Source: Candidatus Magasanikbacteria bacterium RIFOXYC2_FULL_42_28 (GTDB lineage: Bacteria > Patescibacteriota > Patescibacteriia > Magasanikbacterales > GWA2-37-8). From it: a stretch of 64,000 bases of DNA. The stretch covers positions 156,205 through 220,204 of the forward strand of contig MFQZ01000001.1 in assembly GCA_001784435.1 (NCBI GenBank). The letters are read 5' to 3'. The position numbers and the translations under genes are program-made. Under the pieces are notes generated by a model, which searched no databases, was not told where the DNA came from, and worked only from the letters and a program-made list of their open reading frames with translations. Shown here in pieces: positions 1-8,176 of this stretch (positions within the stretch are counted from its first letter, which is position 1; every line of letters begins with the position of its first letter).

Positions 1-1208
1 TGGCCGCCTCAATATTTTCTTGGATATCAAAACGATTCTCAAATCTTTTGTCATATTTTTTATTGACCTCGACAATCGCACTGGACATTAACTGAAATAT
101 TCCCTGTGCCCCACTAGCGGAGACGGCGTAAGGAAATAATCGCGACTCGCGCTCGGCTATGGCCAACATCAGACAGGTATCAGCATTTAACGCGACGGAC
201 CGGAGCTGTATTAAATCTTTAATTTCTATTTGGCTTTCGCCCTTGATTTCAACCGCTTCGCTATAAATATACCCAATTTTGTCGCCAAAACGCGCTTTGT
301 GCCATCGGTCGGAATTAAGCGGCACGCTAAAATTATTTTTCGGACGCGCGCCGGATACAGCTTTTGCAATAACATAAACAGTATCGCCTTCTTTGATATC
401 ATTAACTAATGCCAGTGAATTCTGATCAGGATCTTGCCTTAAAATTGTTGTAGACCACACAACTGTCGCCACCGTTCCCGAAGTATCAAACGGAAATGAA
501 AAAAATATTCCTTCAAGGCGCGGGCTGGCATCGGCGTATAGCGCTAAATAATGTTTTTCCGGAGAAACAAAGTTTAGCCGTCGAGTAAATTTTTTACTAC
601 TTCCTTTTAAAATTTTTCCACACCAAAACCAATCGCGATGAGATTTTTTTTCGTCATTTTTAATAATTTGCCCGTCAACCACCAACTTGATATCATCATC
701 TTCTCGGCTATTACCGTATTTTTTCGCCATTGCCACAATGGTAATTTCCGCTAAAGAAATGCCGGCAGAAACTACCGTGAGCCATTGCCGCCGATCACCG
801 ACAGTAGCCGGATTATCGATTAACGGTGTATAAACAAATTCCGATGACTTAATCTTAAAAATATTTATTTGCTCCAAACGGGGGTAACGACGAGTGGTAA
901 AATTGATTTTATGACTGCCACTTGATAAATTTACCAAAATCGCCACGGTCTTCAAATGCCCTTTTAAATTATTGCCGTTCCAAGCTGCCGGAGCTAAAAA
1001 GATTTTACCATCAGCGCCAGGAAAATTTATTCCATCAACGGTTATAGCCAAATGGTCGGCGAATAAAAATGAACGTAAATTTTGCCAACGACTTTTGGCA
1101 GAAGCAATCACTTCAAGTAAATATAAACCATTTTCAAAAACCTCAAAATTATAGGTAAAACCATTTTTTAACGTTTGTTTAATTTCGTTCTTTTTTAATG
1201 CCTCCATA
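1..1208 (-). CDS. SLT (lytic transglycosylase) domain protein, 3' end of gene outside window
   Basis: Hand reverse-translation from ATG (plus 'cat' at about 1205-1207) shows an open frame running to position 1: MEALKKNEIKQTLKNGFTYNFEVFENGLYLL...; near coordinates 60-200 the frame reads ...AIAERESRLFPYAVSASGAQGIFQLMSSAIV, which matches the SLT 'ES' and 'S.AGA.GLMQ' motifs. Not in ORF track because it runs off the window edge. Confidence 0.5.
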
Positions 1209-1283
1209 CACCTGAAAACTTTGGCAATGCTATACAAAAAAATAGCATTTTAACAATGCTATTATACCATAAAATTTAAAATA

Positions 1284-1301
1284 TGGGCAGTACAGGACTT
1301 G
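1284..1301 (-). repeat. 18-nt direct repeat of the 3' end of tRNA-Val (tgggcagtacaggacttg); att-like
   Basis: The same 18 nt occur at 1419-1436, which is the 3' end of the tRNA-Val gene on the minus strand. Confidence 0.6.
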
Positions 1302-1418
1302 GTCGCGACTAATTCCGCGTGGCGGAATTGTCTGACCATCGCCTCGTGTCCGCGCGAGCGGACATACTCCGGCGTTCAAGTCCTTAGCCGTAACCCAAAC
1401 TATTGGGTTACTCGTTTG

Positions 1419-1491
1419 TGGGCAGTACAGGACTTGAACCTGTGACATTTGCGATGTAAACGCAACGCTCTACCAACTGAGCTAACTGCCC
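1419..1491 (-). tRNA. tRNA-Val (anticodon TAC)
   Basis: Reverse complement gggcagttagctcagttggtagagcgttgcgtttacatcgcaaatgtcacaggttcaagtcctgtactgccca folds as a cloverleaf; anticodon loop tttacat. Confidence 0.85.
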
Positions 1492-1527
1492 TTAACGCGC
1501 TAATTATATTATAAATTCCGGCAAAAG

Positions 1528-2517
1528 TCAATCAGCGGGCGTGTTCTTATCCAAATTTTTAATATAATCCGGTATGTCGTTATTCCCCTGCCCCGCGAGC
1601 CAAGTCCACCATTCCGCTCCCCACAAATACGCGCGACTGACGCCGATTGCGCTGGCGTAATCAATATTTTTTTGTAAGCGCTCTAAATTCATGGACTTAT
1701 TTTGTTCTTCCAAACCAACGCTCGTAAAATTACCGGTCGGTATCCAGGGCTCGGCTTGTAATTCTGACACCATAAATTTATCCGCATTAACTCCGGTCAA
1801 AACCGTTTTCAAACGATAAAAACCGGCTGGCAACCAATCATAACTCCAATAGCCGGTTAGTTTGCTCCACACTACTCGATAAAGCGTGGTGCCAAACCAA
1901 TCCCCGGCTTTAGCGGTACGATGCCAGGTGGACAGTTCGCCGGAATCAGTTACTAACGTCGGCTTGCCGGTGGCGCGCGCCCGCTCAACTTCGTTGGCTA
2001 ATTGTTCGGCGGTCATTTTGCGACATTTTTCGCCAAAAGCCAAAAATGGCTCATTTTCTACTTGCCACATTTCTATGACCGAATTATTTTGATAACGTTC
2101 CAACACGATTTTAAGATAATTGTCCAGCGCCAAAGAATATTCCTGATCCGATAACCCGATCGCCCAGGCCGGCGCGTGACATTCGGGCCAACGTGGCGTT
2201 TTTTGCCCCATTGCCAAGATAACTTTCAAGTTATTTTTTTTTGCTTCATTTAAATAATAATCCAATTCCCCAAAATTATACTCATCCGAACTCGGCTCTA
2301 CCAAATCCCAATGCGCCGGCATTCGTAGATATTTGAAATTCCAATCTTTAATAATTTTATTAAAAACAATTTTATCGTCCAAACCCAAAAAACGCGCGTA
2401 AGTCGGGTCGAAAGAAACGCCAATGGTCATATTTTTGTTTGGTGTGATTGGCCAAAAAAATAAAACCAAATAAATTGCTAAAATTACGCCGAGGATAATA
2501 AATAATTTTTTGAGCAT
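1528..2517 (-). CDS. membrane-anchored glycoside hydrolase, clan GH-A (GH5/GH113-like TIM barrel)
   Basis: N-terminal TM helix, conserved QVENEP catalytic acid/base motif typical of clan GH-A, WPECHAPAW segment. Confidence 0.55.
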   Translation of the reverse strand: MLKKLFIILGVILAIYLVLFFWPITPNKNMTIGVSFDPTYARFLGLDDKIVFNKIIKDWNFKYLRMPAHWDLVEPSSDEYNFGELDYYLNEAKKNNLKVILAMGQKTPRWPECHAPAWAIGLSDQEYSLALDNYLKIVLERYQNNSVIEMWQVENEPFLAFGEKCRKMTAEQLANEVERARATGKPTLVTDSGELSTWHRTAKAGDWFGTTLYRVVWSKLTGYWSYDWLPAGFYRLKTVLTGVNADKFMVSELQAEPWIPTGNFTSVGLEEQNKSMNLERLQKNIDYASAIGVSRAYLWGAEWWTWLAGQGNNDIPDYIKNLDKNTPAD

Positions 2518-2531
2518 AGCAAGTAAATAAT

Positions 2532-2640
2532 TTCAAAATCCAAATTTCCAATTTCCAATCAAATCCAAAATCCCAATATCAAATTTGACATTTTGGCTTT
2601 GACATTGATTTGACATTGGATATTGGAAATTTGACATTTT
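2532..2640. repeat. family A palindromic intergenic element (TTGACAT / GGAAATTGGAAAT units)
   Basis: ccaaatttccaatttccaat...tttgacattggatattggaaatttgacat; inverted arms; four TTGACAT copies. Confidence 0.7.
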
Positions 2641-2644
2641 ACAT

Positions 2645-3550
2645 TCACACTATCATCGCTAACCCCAAACCAATCAACACAATCGCCCCCACCTCTTGGA
2701 TAATCTCAGATTTACTATATTCTTCTTTAAACAATTTCGGCCAAAAACGCGATAACAAAAATACCAAAATAATTAAGAGCGCGTATTGCACCCCGGCCAA
2801 AGCGTTGATAACAGTAACACTGCCCAGCGCGATGGCGTATTGGACCAACACCACGCCCACAATCGCCAAAATTTTATTAATGACAATAATTGGTAAACTA
2901 CGGGCGGGTATTTTTGTTTTCTTGGTTGGTGGCGTGCGTTTAAATAAATTTCGCCTTAAAACCGGCGACACCAAGAGCATCGCCCCAAATACCCCCATTA
3001 TCCCCCGCGTCCAAATAAAACCGGTCCAGAAATCATAACTGTTATACAAATACTTGGCTGACACGTGCGACACGGCAAACAGCGCGGCCGCGACTAGCCC
3101 CCAAAGCATCGCCGAGTTTAATTCGTAATGATTTTTTTTGTATTCAAACGCCACGGCCAAAGTCCCGACCGATAACAAAAACACACCAAAAAGTTGCGAG
3201 TTGGTTAAATATTCCGCCAAAAATAAAGAACTGAAAATTAAAACAAATAACGGAATTGATCCGCCCACCAGTGGCCCGATATGGCTCACTTCGCTTTTCA
3301 AAAACCCCCGATACATCGCCCATAAAGCCAAAGTAAATGAAACGCCGGAAACCGTGGCCACAAAAAAATCTTTGCCAAAATCAAACGGTTGGCCATAAAA
3401 CGGCAGTAAAAAAAATACGACCAAAACCGGAAAAGCGGAATAAAAAACAAAGGCAATCGGCCGAACTTTTTCCGATGTTAAAATATACTTATCGGAAATG
3501 GCGACAATGGCCAAGAAAAAATAACCGAGTAAGGCGATGGGGAGAAACAT
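2645..3550 (-). CDS. DMT-superfamily (EamA-like) permease
   Basis: 10-TM hydrophobic profile with two EamA-like halves; start moved to MFLPIALLGYFF because the upstream MTLEIGNLTFF in the track is a translation of the family A repeat. Confidence 0.6.
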   Translation of the reverse strand: MFLPIALLGYFFLAIVAISDKYILTSEKVRPIAFVFYSAFPVLVVFFLLPFYGQPFDFGKDFFVATVSGVSFTLALWAMYRGFLKSEVSHIGPLVGGSIPLFVLIFSSLFLAEYLTNSQLFGVFLLSVGTLAVAFEYKKNHYELNSAMLWGLVAAALFAVSHVSAKYLYNSYDFWTGFIWTRGIMGVFGAMLLVSPVLRRNLFKRTPPTKKTKIPARSLPIIVINKILAIVGVVLVQYAIALGSVTVINALAGVQYALLIILVFLLSRFWPKLFKEEYSKSEIIQEVGAIVLIGLGLAMIV

Positions 3551-3554
3551 AAAA

Positions 3555-3672
3555 AATGTCAAATTTCCAATTTCCAATGTCAAACAAAATCCAAAATCCC
3601 AATATCAAATTTGAAATTTTGGCTTTGACATTTGATATTGATTTGAAATTGGAAATTTTGATTTTGAAATTA
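3555..3672. repeat. family A palindromic element abutting start of DMT gene
   Basis: atgtcaaatttccaatttccaatgtcaaa...tttgaaattggaaattttgattttgaaatt. Confidence 0.7.
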
Positions 3673-3710
3673 CCACTATTATTTTACCATATTTTTGACT
3701 TTTAAACAAA

Positions 3711-3739
3711 AAACCATCCCGACTAAGTCGGGATGGTTT
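3711..3739 (-). terminator. intrinsic terminator hairpin aaaccatcccgactaagtcgggatggttt
   Basis: Perfect stem-loop followed by a T-run on the minus strand; the same hairpin type recurs at 6045-6077 and 52765-52798. Confidence 0.6.
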
Positions 3740-3878
3740 CAAATTACTCCTCGGCTCTCTAAAATATTCAACTAATTAAATATTTTAGAGATCGGAGCCG
3801 AGGAGGGAAAGTGTGGCGGCTCGACGATCTCGCGGAAGGGCGAGAGGTGGCCGCTGGGTGGGAGTGGGGAAAGGGGGT

Positions 3879-4262
3879 CTAGTCGTGGTGCCAGCCACCC
3901 TCCTGGAGGAGGGAGTGCCCGCCCTTGGGGACAAAGGTCGGGGCGGGCTCGCCGAGCGACACGCGGGTCGTGGTGAAGCAAGCGCGGTCGCCGTCCTTGA
4001 CCTCTTCCACGCGCAGAACGTCGCCATCGCGGAGACCGAGCGGGACGAACCCGACGACCCCGCGAACCTTCTCGCCGCGCATCATCAGGCGGTACTGACC
4101 GCCATCTTGGGTCAGACGAACAATCATGGGGTGAGTGAAGCGCACGCTGTCACGATCCTTCCGATCGCAGCTCGTGGACTTCTGGTAAACGCACCCGTCG
4201 CGAAAGACGAACGTCTGCCCGGCCAAAAGATTCATACACACTCCAGATACTTGTTTGTCCAC
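3879..4262 (-). CDS. hypothetical small protein encoded in GC-rich island 1
   Basis: Only long ORF in the island that is preceded by a TATAAT -10 (plus 4400-4405) and followed by two tandem hairpins (3748-3806 large inverted repeat, 3711-3739). Composition is strongly GC-rich compared with the flanks. Confidence 0.4.
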   Translation of the reverse strand: MDKQVSGVCMNLLAGQTFVFRDGCVYQKSTSCDRKDRDSVRFTHPMIVRLTQDGGQYRLMMRGEKVRGVVGFVPLGLRDGDVLRVEEVKDGDRACFTTTRVSLGEPAPTFVPKGGHSLLQEGGWHHD

Positions 4263-4804
4263 GCTCCCCGCGCGGACTTCTTGTCAAACCTGACTCACAC
4301 CGGACACACTCCGGTATGGTGAGTCATCCTGCACATCTACAACGCCCAAAGCACTGTTATGCTCTCGGCGTTGTAGACGCACACTTGTAAAGAACTATCA
4401 TTATACCCTGCACCAGTCCGCACCATAGGCGGACGATGCAGGGCTAAACAAAACACCCCGCAACATTCGTCGCGGGGTGTGTGTAATTTTTATTTAACTT
4501 TACTTTGTAAAATTATTACACATTACCCCACGTCCAAACGGCAATACCAAAAAGGACAAGACCTTGATGGCCCAGCGTACGCGATTAATAATGTGTAAAT
4601 TATTTTTCATATATATTATATACTCTCATATCTGGAAAATATGTCAATAAAGTTATCCACAGGGCTTCGCCTTCGGCTACGCCCTGTAAACTTGGTTTAC
4701 CCGGCGTAGCGTAGCAAAGCCGGGCCATGTAAACTGGTGATAATATCTTTAAAATCAACTTCTTTGTCTAAATTATTTTGGCTAATTTTAGCCACTTTTA
4801 CCCC

Positions 4805-4833
4805 TTGACAAACTAACCAAAATGTGATACAAT
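4805..4833 (+). promoter_or_regulatory. sigma70-like promoter TTGACA-17-TACAAT upstream of glycosyltransferase
   Basis: ttgacaaactaaccaaaatgtgatacaat. Confidence 0.55.
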
Positions 4834-4882
4834 AACCTGTTTTGATAAATACCCAAGTCGTGGGTAAAAAAGGTCAAAATTT

Positions 4883-6046
4883 ATGAAAATCTTAATGATT
4901 GGACAAAAAGGCATACCAGCTCGCTACGGGGGCGTTGAACGCCACGTGGAAGAGTTGTCTTATGAATTGGCCAAACTCGGTCATGAAATTTTTGTATACG
5001 CGCGTTCTTGGTATACTCCCAAAAATATTAAAAATTATCGCGGTATCAATATTATCCATACCCCTTCTATCCACACCAAACATTTGGACGCGATTACTCA
5101 CACTTTAACTTCAACTCTTCACGCTTTGTTTCAAAAACCGGACGTGATTCATTATCATGGCGTGGGTCCGGCGTTATTGTCGTGGATCCCACGCTTGTTT
5201 TTGCCAAACACAAAAGTGGTGGCCACCTTTCATTGTATTGATCGTTACCACCAAAAGTGGAATTTCTTGGCGCGGTTTGCTTTGCGCGTGGGCGAATGGT
5301 TTACTTGCCATATTCCGCACGCGACTATTGCCGTGTCCGAGTCCTTGCGCAATTATTGTCTAAATGAACATCTTTGCCACACCCGTTATATCCCGAACGG
5401 CGCGCGCCCAATCGTGGACAAATCCAGTGAACTTTTAAATCAATTTGGTTTAAAACCGGAAAAATATCTTTTGATGGTGGCGCGTCTTGTCCGTCATAAA
5501 GGAGCGCAGTATTTAATTTCCGCTTGGAAAAATGCCCGCGCGTTAGAGTCAGAACTTTTGGCTGATTACAAATTGGCCATTGTCGGCGACAGTGTCTTCA
5601 CTGATGATTATGTCAAAGAATTACATACGCTGGCCAATAATTATAAAAGCATCATATTCGCCGGTTGGGTGGATGGAAAAAATTTAGAAGCGCTCTTCGC
5701 TAATACCGCTTTACTCGTGCACCCTTCGGAAAACGAAGGCTTGCCTCTCACCGTGCTGTCCGCGATGGCTGCCGGCCGACCGGTGTTGGTCTCGGATATT
5801 GCCGAACATCTGGAATTAATTAAAGATAAAAATTTCTTGTTCGCCAATACCAATATTGATGAATTAACCGAAAGAATAATCGCGCTCATCAAAGCGCCGG
5901 AGCTTCGACGCGAACAGGGCGCCAAAAATGCCGAACGCGCCCAAGCACATTACGACTGGGCCAAAATCGCCCGCCAAACGGAAAATATTTATTTGGCAAA
6001 AAGTCATGCCCTTGCACCCGCAAGAATCTCCACGGCAAGCAAATAA
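4883..6046 (+). CDS. glycosyltransferase family 4 (GT-B fold)
   Basis: C-terminal EX7E-type motif HPSENEGLPLTVLSAMAAGRPVLVSD; N-terminal GT4 core. Confidence 0.8.
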   Translation: MKILMIGQKGIPARYGGVERHVEELSYELAKLGHEIFVYARSWYTPKNIKNYRGINIIHTPSIHTKHLDAITHTLTSTLHALFQKPDVIHYHGVGPALLSWIPRLFLPNTKVVATFHCIDRYHQKWNFLARFALRVGEWFTCHIPHATIAVSESLRNYCLNEHLCHTRYIPNGARPIVDKSSELLNQFGLKPEKYLLMVARLVRHKGAQYLISAWKNARALESELLADYKLAIVGDSVFTDDYVKELHTLANNYKSIIFAGWVDGKNLEALFANTALLVHPSENEGLPLTVLSAMAAGRPVLVSDIAEHLELIKDKNFLFANTNIDELTERIIALIKAPELRREQGAKNAERAQAHYDWAKIARQTENIYLAKSHALAPARISTASK

Positions 6047-6077
6047 AAACCATCCCGACTTAGTCGGGATGGTTTTT
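6045..6077. terminator. bidirectional intrinsic terminator between convergent GT genes
   Basis: aaaaaccatcccgacttagtcgggatggttttt, with an A-run before and a T-run after. Confidence 0.7.
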
Positions 6078-7292
6078 GTTAATCACTTCCTGATAAATTT
6101 TCTCCAGCGACTCAAAATATTTTCCTGGGTCATGATTGGTTTTTACCAAATTTCTGGCGGTTTGAATAATTTTGTCAATCGTTGGCTCGTTAGTATTCAT
6201 TGCCGTTTTAATCGCGCGAGCGAGCGACTCCGAATCATCCGGCTTAGCCAAAAATCCGGTAACACCATCTTTAACCAATTCCGGATTGCCACCGCGATCA
6301 GTCGCGACTACGAGCCGACCATAACTCAATGCTTCTAAAATCGCCAGCGAGCAATTTTCATAAAACAACGACGGAATTACCACCACTTTGGCTTGACGCA
6401 TCAGTTCTTGCCACCGATCTTTTTCCACCCAGCCGATTTTTTTAACATTGGTTAAACTATATTGTTGAATAAAATTACTCACAAACGCGTCTTCCGGACC
6501 ACTGCCGGCGACAATCGCTTCATACTGACGCAACCACGGTAATGCTTGCATCCAAGTTTTAATCCCCTTTTCTGAATGATATCGACCGAGATAAACAATC
6601 TTATCGCCGAGAGGCGGATAATTTTCCGGCACGACAAACGGATTACGAACCAATGTTAATTTACTTTTGGGAAATCCCCAGGCCGCCAACTTGTCGAGCC
6701 AAAACTCGGATGGGCAAATAAAAGTATCAACCATTTTCCAAATACCGCGTAACCAATAATAATAGGCCTCTAAACTGCCGGCCACGCTTGGTAAAAAAGC
6801 GTTATTCACGCATTTGTGAAAAGCACAGTGATAATATTTATGCTTAAAACCACGTTCACAAATTTTTCCTTGGCACAAAAAATTATGATTTGGTGTTAAT
6901 GGAAAAAAATCATGGACAGTTAAAACCATCGGCACGCCCATTTTTTTCAAAGTGGTAAAAGTGCTGGCGGATAAATGATGATACACGCCGTGCAAATGCG
7001 CGACATCGGGTTCGGTAGCCAAAATTAAAGCGCGTAAATTTTTTTCAACTTCTTCGGAACGCAAAAATTTTTTAAATATTTTTACTCCTTGCCAAAAAGA
7101 AAACTGACCGGACAATTCGCCGGGGTTGGTTGTAAAAAATTCGGCATAATCCGACGGTTCATTGCGAGAATCGCGCGTCGAAAACTCCGCCACCTCGTGG
7201 CCACGCGCTTTTAAACCGGCAATGGTATCAAACAAAACCGTTTCCACCCCGCCCCGACGATAAAAAAATTTATTGATTTGGAGGATACGCAT
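6060..7292 (-). CDS. glycosyltransferase family 4
   Basis: MRILQINKFFYRRGGVE... N-terminal GT4 domain, C-terminal GT1 domain (VVIPSLFYENCSLAILEALSYGRLVVATDRGG). Confidence 0.8.
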   Translation of the reverse strand: MRILQINKFFYRRGGVETVLFDTIAGLKARGHEVAEFSTRDSRNEPSDYAEFFTTNPGELSGQFSFWQGVKIFKKFLRSEEVEKNLRALILATEPDVAHLHGVYHHLSASTFTTLKKMGVPMVLTVHDFFPLTPNHNFLCQGKICERGFKHKYYHCAFHKCVNNAFLPSVAGSLEAYYYWLRGIWKMVDTFICPSEFWLDKLAAWGFPKSKLTLVRNPFVVPENYPPLGDKIVYLGRYHSEKGIKTWMQALPWLRQYEAIVAGSGPEDAFVSNFIQQYSLTNVKKIGWVEKDRWQELMRQAKVVVIPSLFYENCSLAILEALSYGRLVVATDRGGNPELVKDGVTGFLAKPDDSESLARAIKTAMNTNEPTIDKIIQTARNLVKTNHDPGKYFESLEKIYQEVINKNHPD

Positions 7293-7378
7293 AACTGGTG
7301 ATAATTGAAGATTAAAGAATAAAAATTATGCGAACGGATACCCGTCGTAATCTTTAATCTTCAATCTTTAACAATCGT

Positions 7379-8095
7379 TCACTTCGCCCCAACCGCCACC
7401 ATATTCCGCCCGCCCTTATCATCGGTCCAAGTGCCATTATTCATAAATTTAATTTTAATTTTTTTAAAACCGGCGCGCTTCATTAGGCCAACCAATTCTT
7501 CTTCGGTAAAATGGTGATAACAACGATCAACAATCTTTTCGCCTTGGGGATTTTTCCACGGAATTAAAAAATCATTGGGGGCGATTTCTTGCCAATTTTT
7601 ACTTTTTACTTTGGCCCAATCACTGCCTAAATTCCAAACCATTACGATCACTTTCGCGCCTGGTTTCATTTCATTGTAAAATTCTTGTAATTGCGCCAAA
7701 CGCGTTGCCTCGTCCGGTAAATGAAATAAAACCGCGATACAATAGACAATGTCAAAATAATCTTTAGGGAATTTTTTCGGCCGAGAGGCATTACTGAAAA
7801 ATTTTACTTTTTTTGTTTTAATTTCCGGCGCGAATCTTTGGCGCGCCAGTTTTAATAATTCCACGCTTTGATCTACCCCAAAATATTCAATCTTAAAATT
7901 TTTTAACATTGATAACAGCCGTCCATTGCCACAACCCCAATCCAAAACCTTATCGCCCACCTTCACATATTTTTTAAACCCCAAAAGTTCCGGCCAAAGC
8001 TCTTGACGCGTCGCCGAAAAATGTTTGGCAATGCGGTTGTAATCTTCCCGAGTTTTCGCTATAATATCCACAGTAGAATTTAGTTTAGTTGTCAT
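7379..8095 (-). CDS. class I SAM-dependent methyltransferase
   Basis: Motif I VLDWGCGNGR. Confidence 0.75.
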   Translation of the reverse strand: MTTKLNSTVDIIAKTREDYNRIAKHFSATRQELWPELLGFKKYVKVGDKVLDWGCGNGRLLSMLKNFKIEYFGVDQSVELLKLARQRFAPEIKTKKVKFFSNASRPKKFPKDYFDIVYCIAVLFHLPDEATRLAQLQEFYNEMKPGAKVIVMVWNLGSDWAKVKSKNWQEIAPNDFLIPWKNPQGEKIVDRCYHHFTEEELVGLMKRAGFKKIKIKFMNNGTWTDDKGGRNMVAVGAK

Positions 8096-8165
8096 TCCGA
8101 CGAAAGTCGGAATCTCTGTCGGTTGGTCAGTGGGCCAGAGATCCCGATTTTCATCGGGATGACAG
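8090..8165. repeat. family B structured element (tgtcattccgacGAAAgtcggaat...gatcccgattttcatcgggatgaca)
   Basis: Terminal inverted repeat TGTCATyCCGA / TCGGGATGACA with an internal GNRA hairpin; sits directly 5' of the Elp3 start. Confidence 0.6.
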
Positions 8166-8176
8166 TAAAAATTTGT

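Noticed and set aside
1302-1418. The segment between the tRNA-Val duplicate ends as a second, intron-containing tRNA
   Set aside because: There is no 5' acceptor-stem partner (gggcagt) and no D or anticodon arm. Only the 3' 18 nt of a tRNA is present.
2610-3038. ORFs beginning MTLDIGNLTF / MTLEIGNLTF / MEIGNLDF / WKLEIWILT (e.g. 2610..3038, 13977..14198, 16522..16746, 16578..16919, 51547..51870)
   Set aside because: These are translations of the family A repeat units ttgacattggaaattggaaatttgacat, not real N-termini.
3772-4322. Overlapping ORFs 3813..4322 (+), 3785..4027 (-), 3772..3981 (-) in GC-rich island 1
   Set aside because: High-GC DNA produces long open frames on all strands. Only 3879..4262 (-) lines up with a -10 box, a leader and two terminators. 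The others are treated as alternative-frame artefacts, though this choice is not certain.
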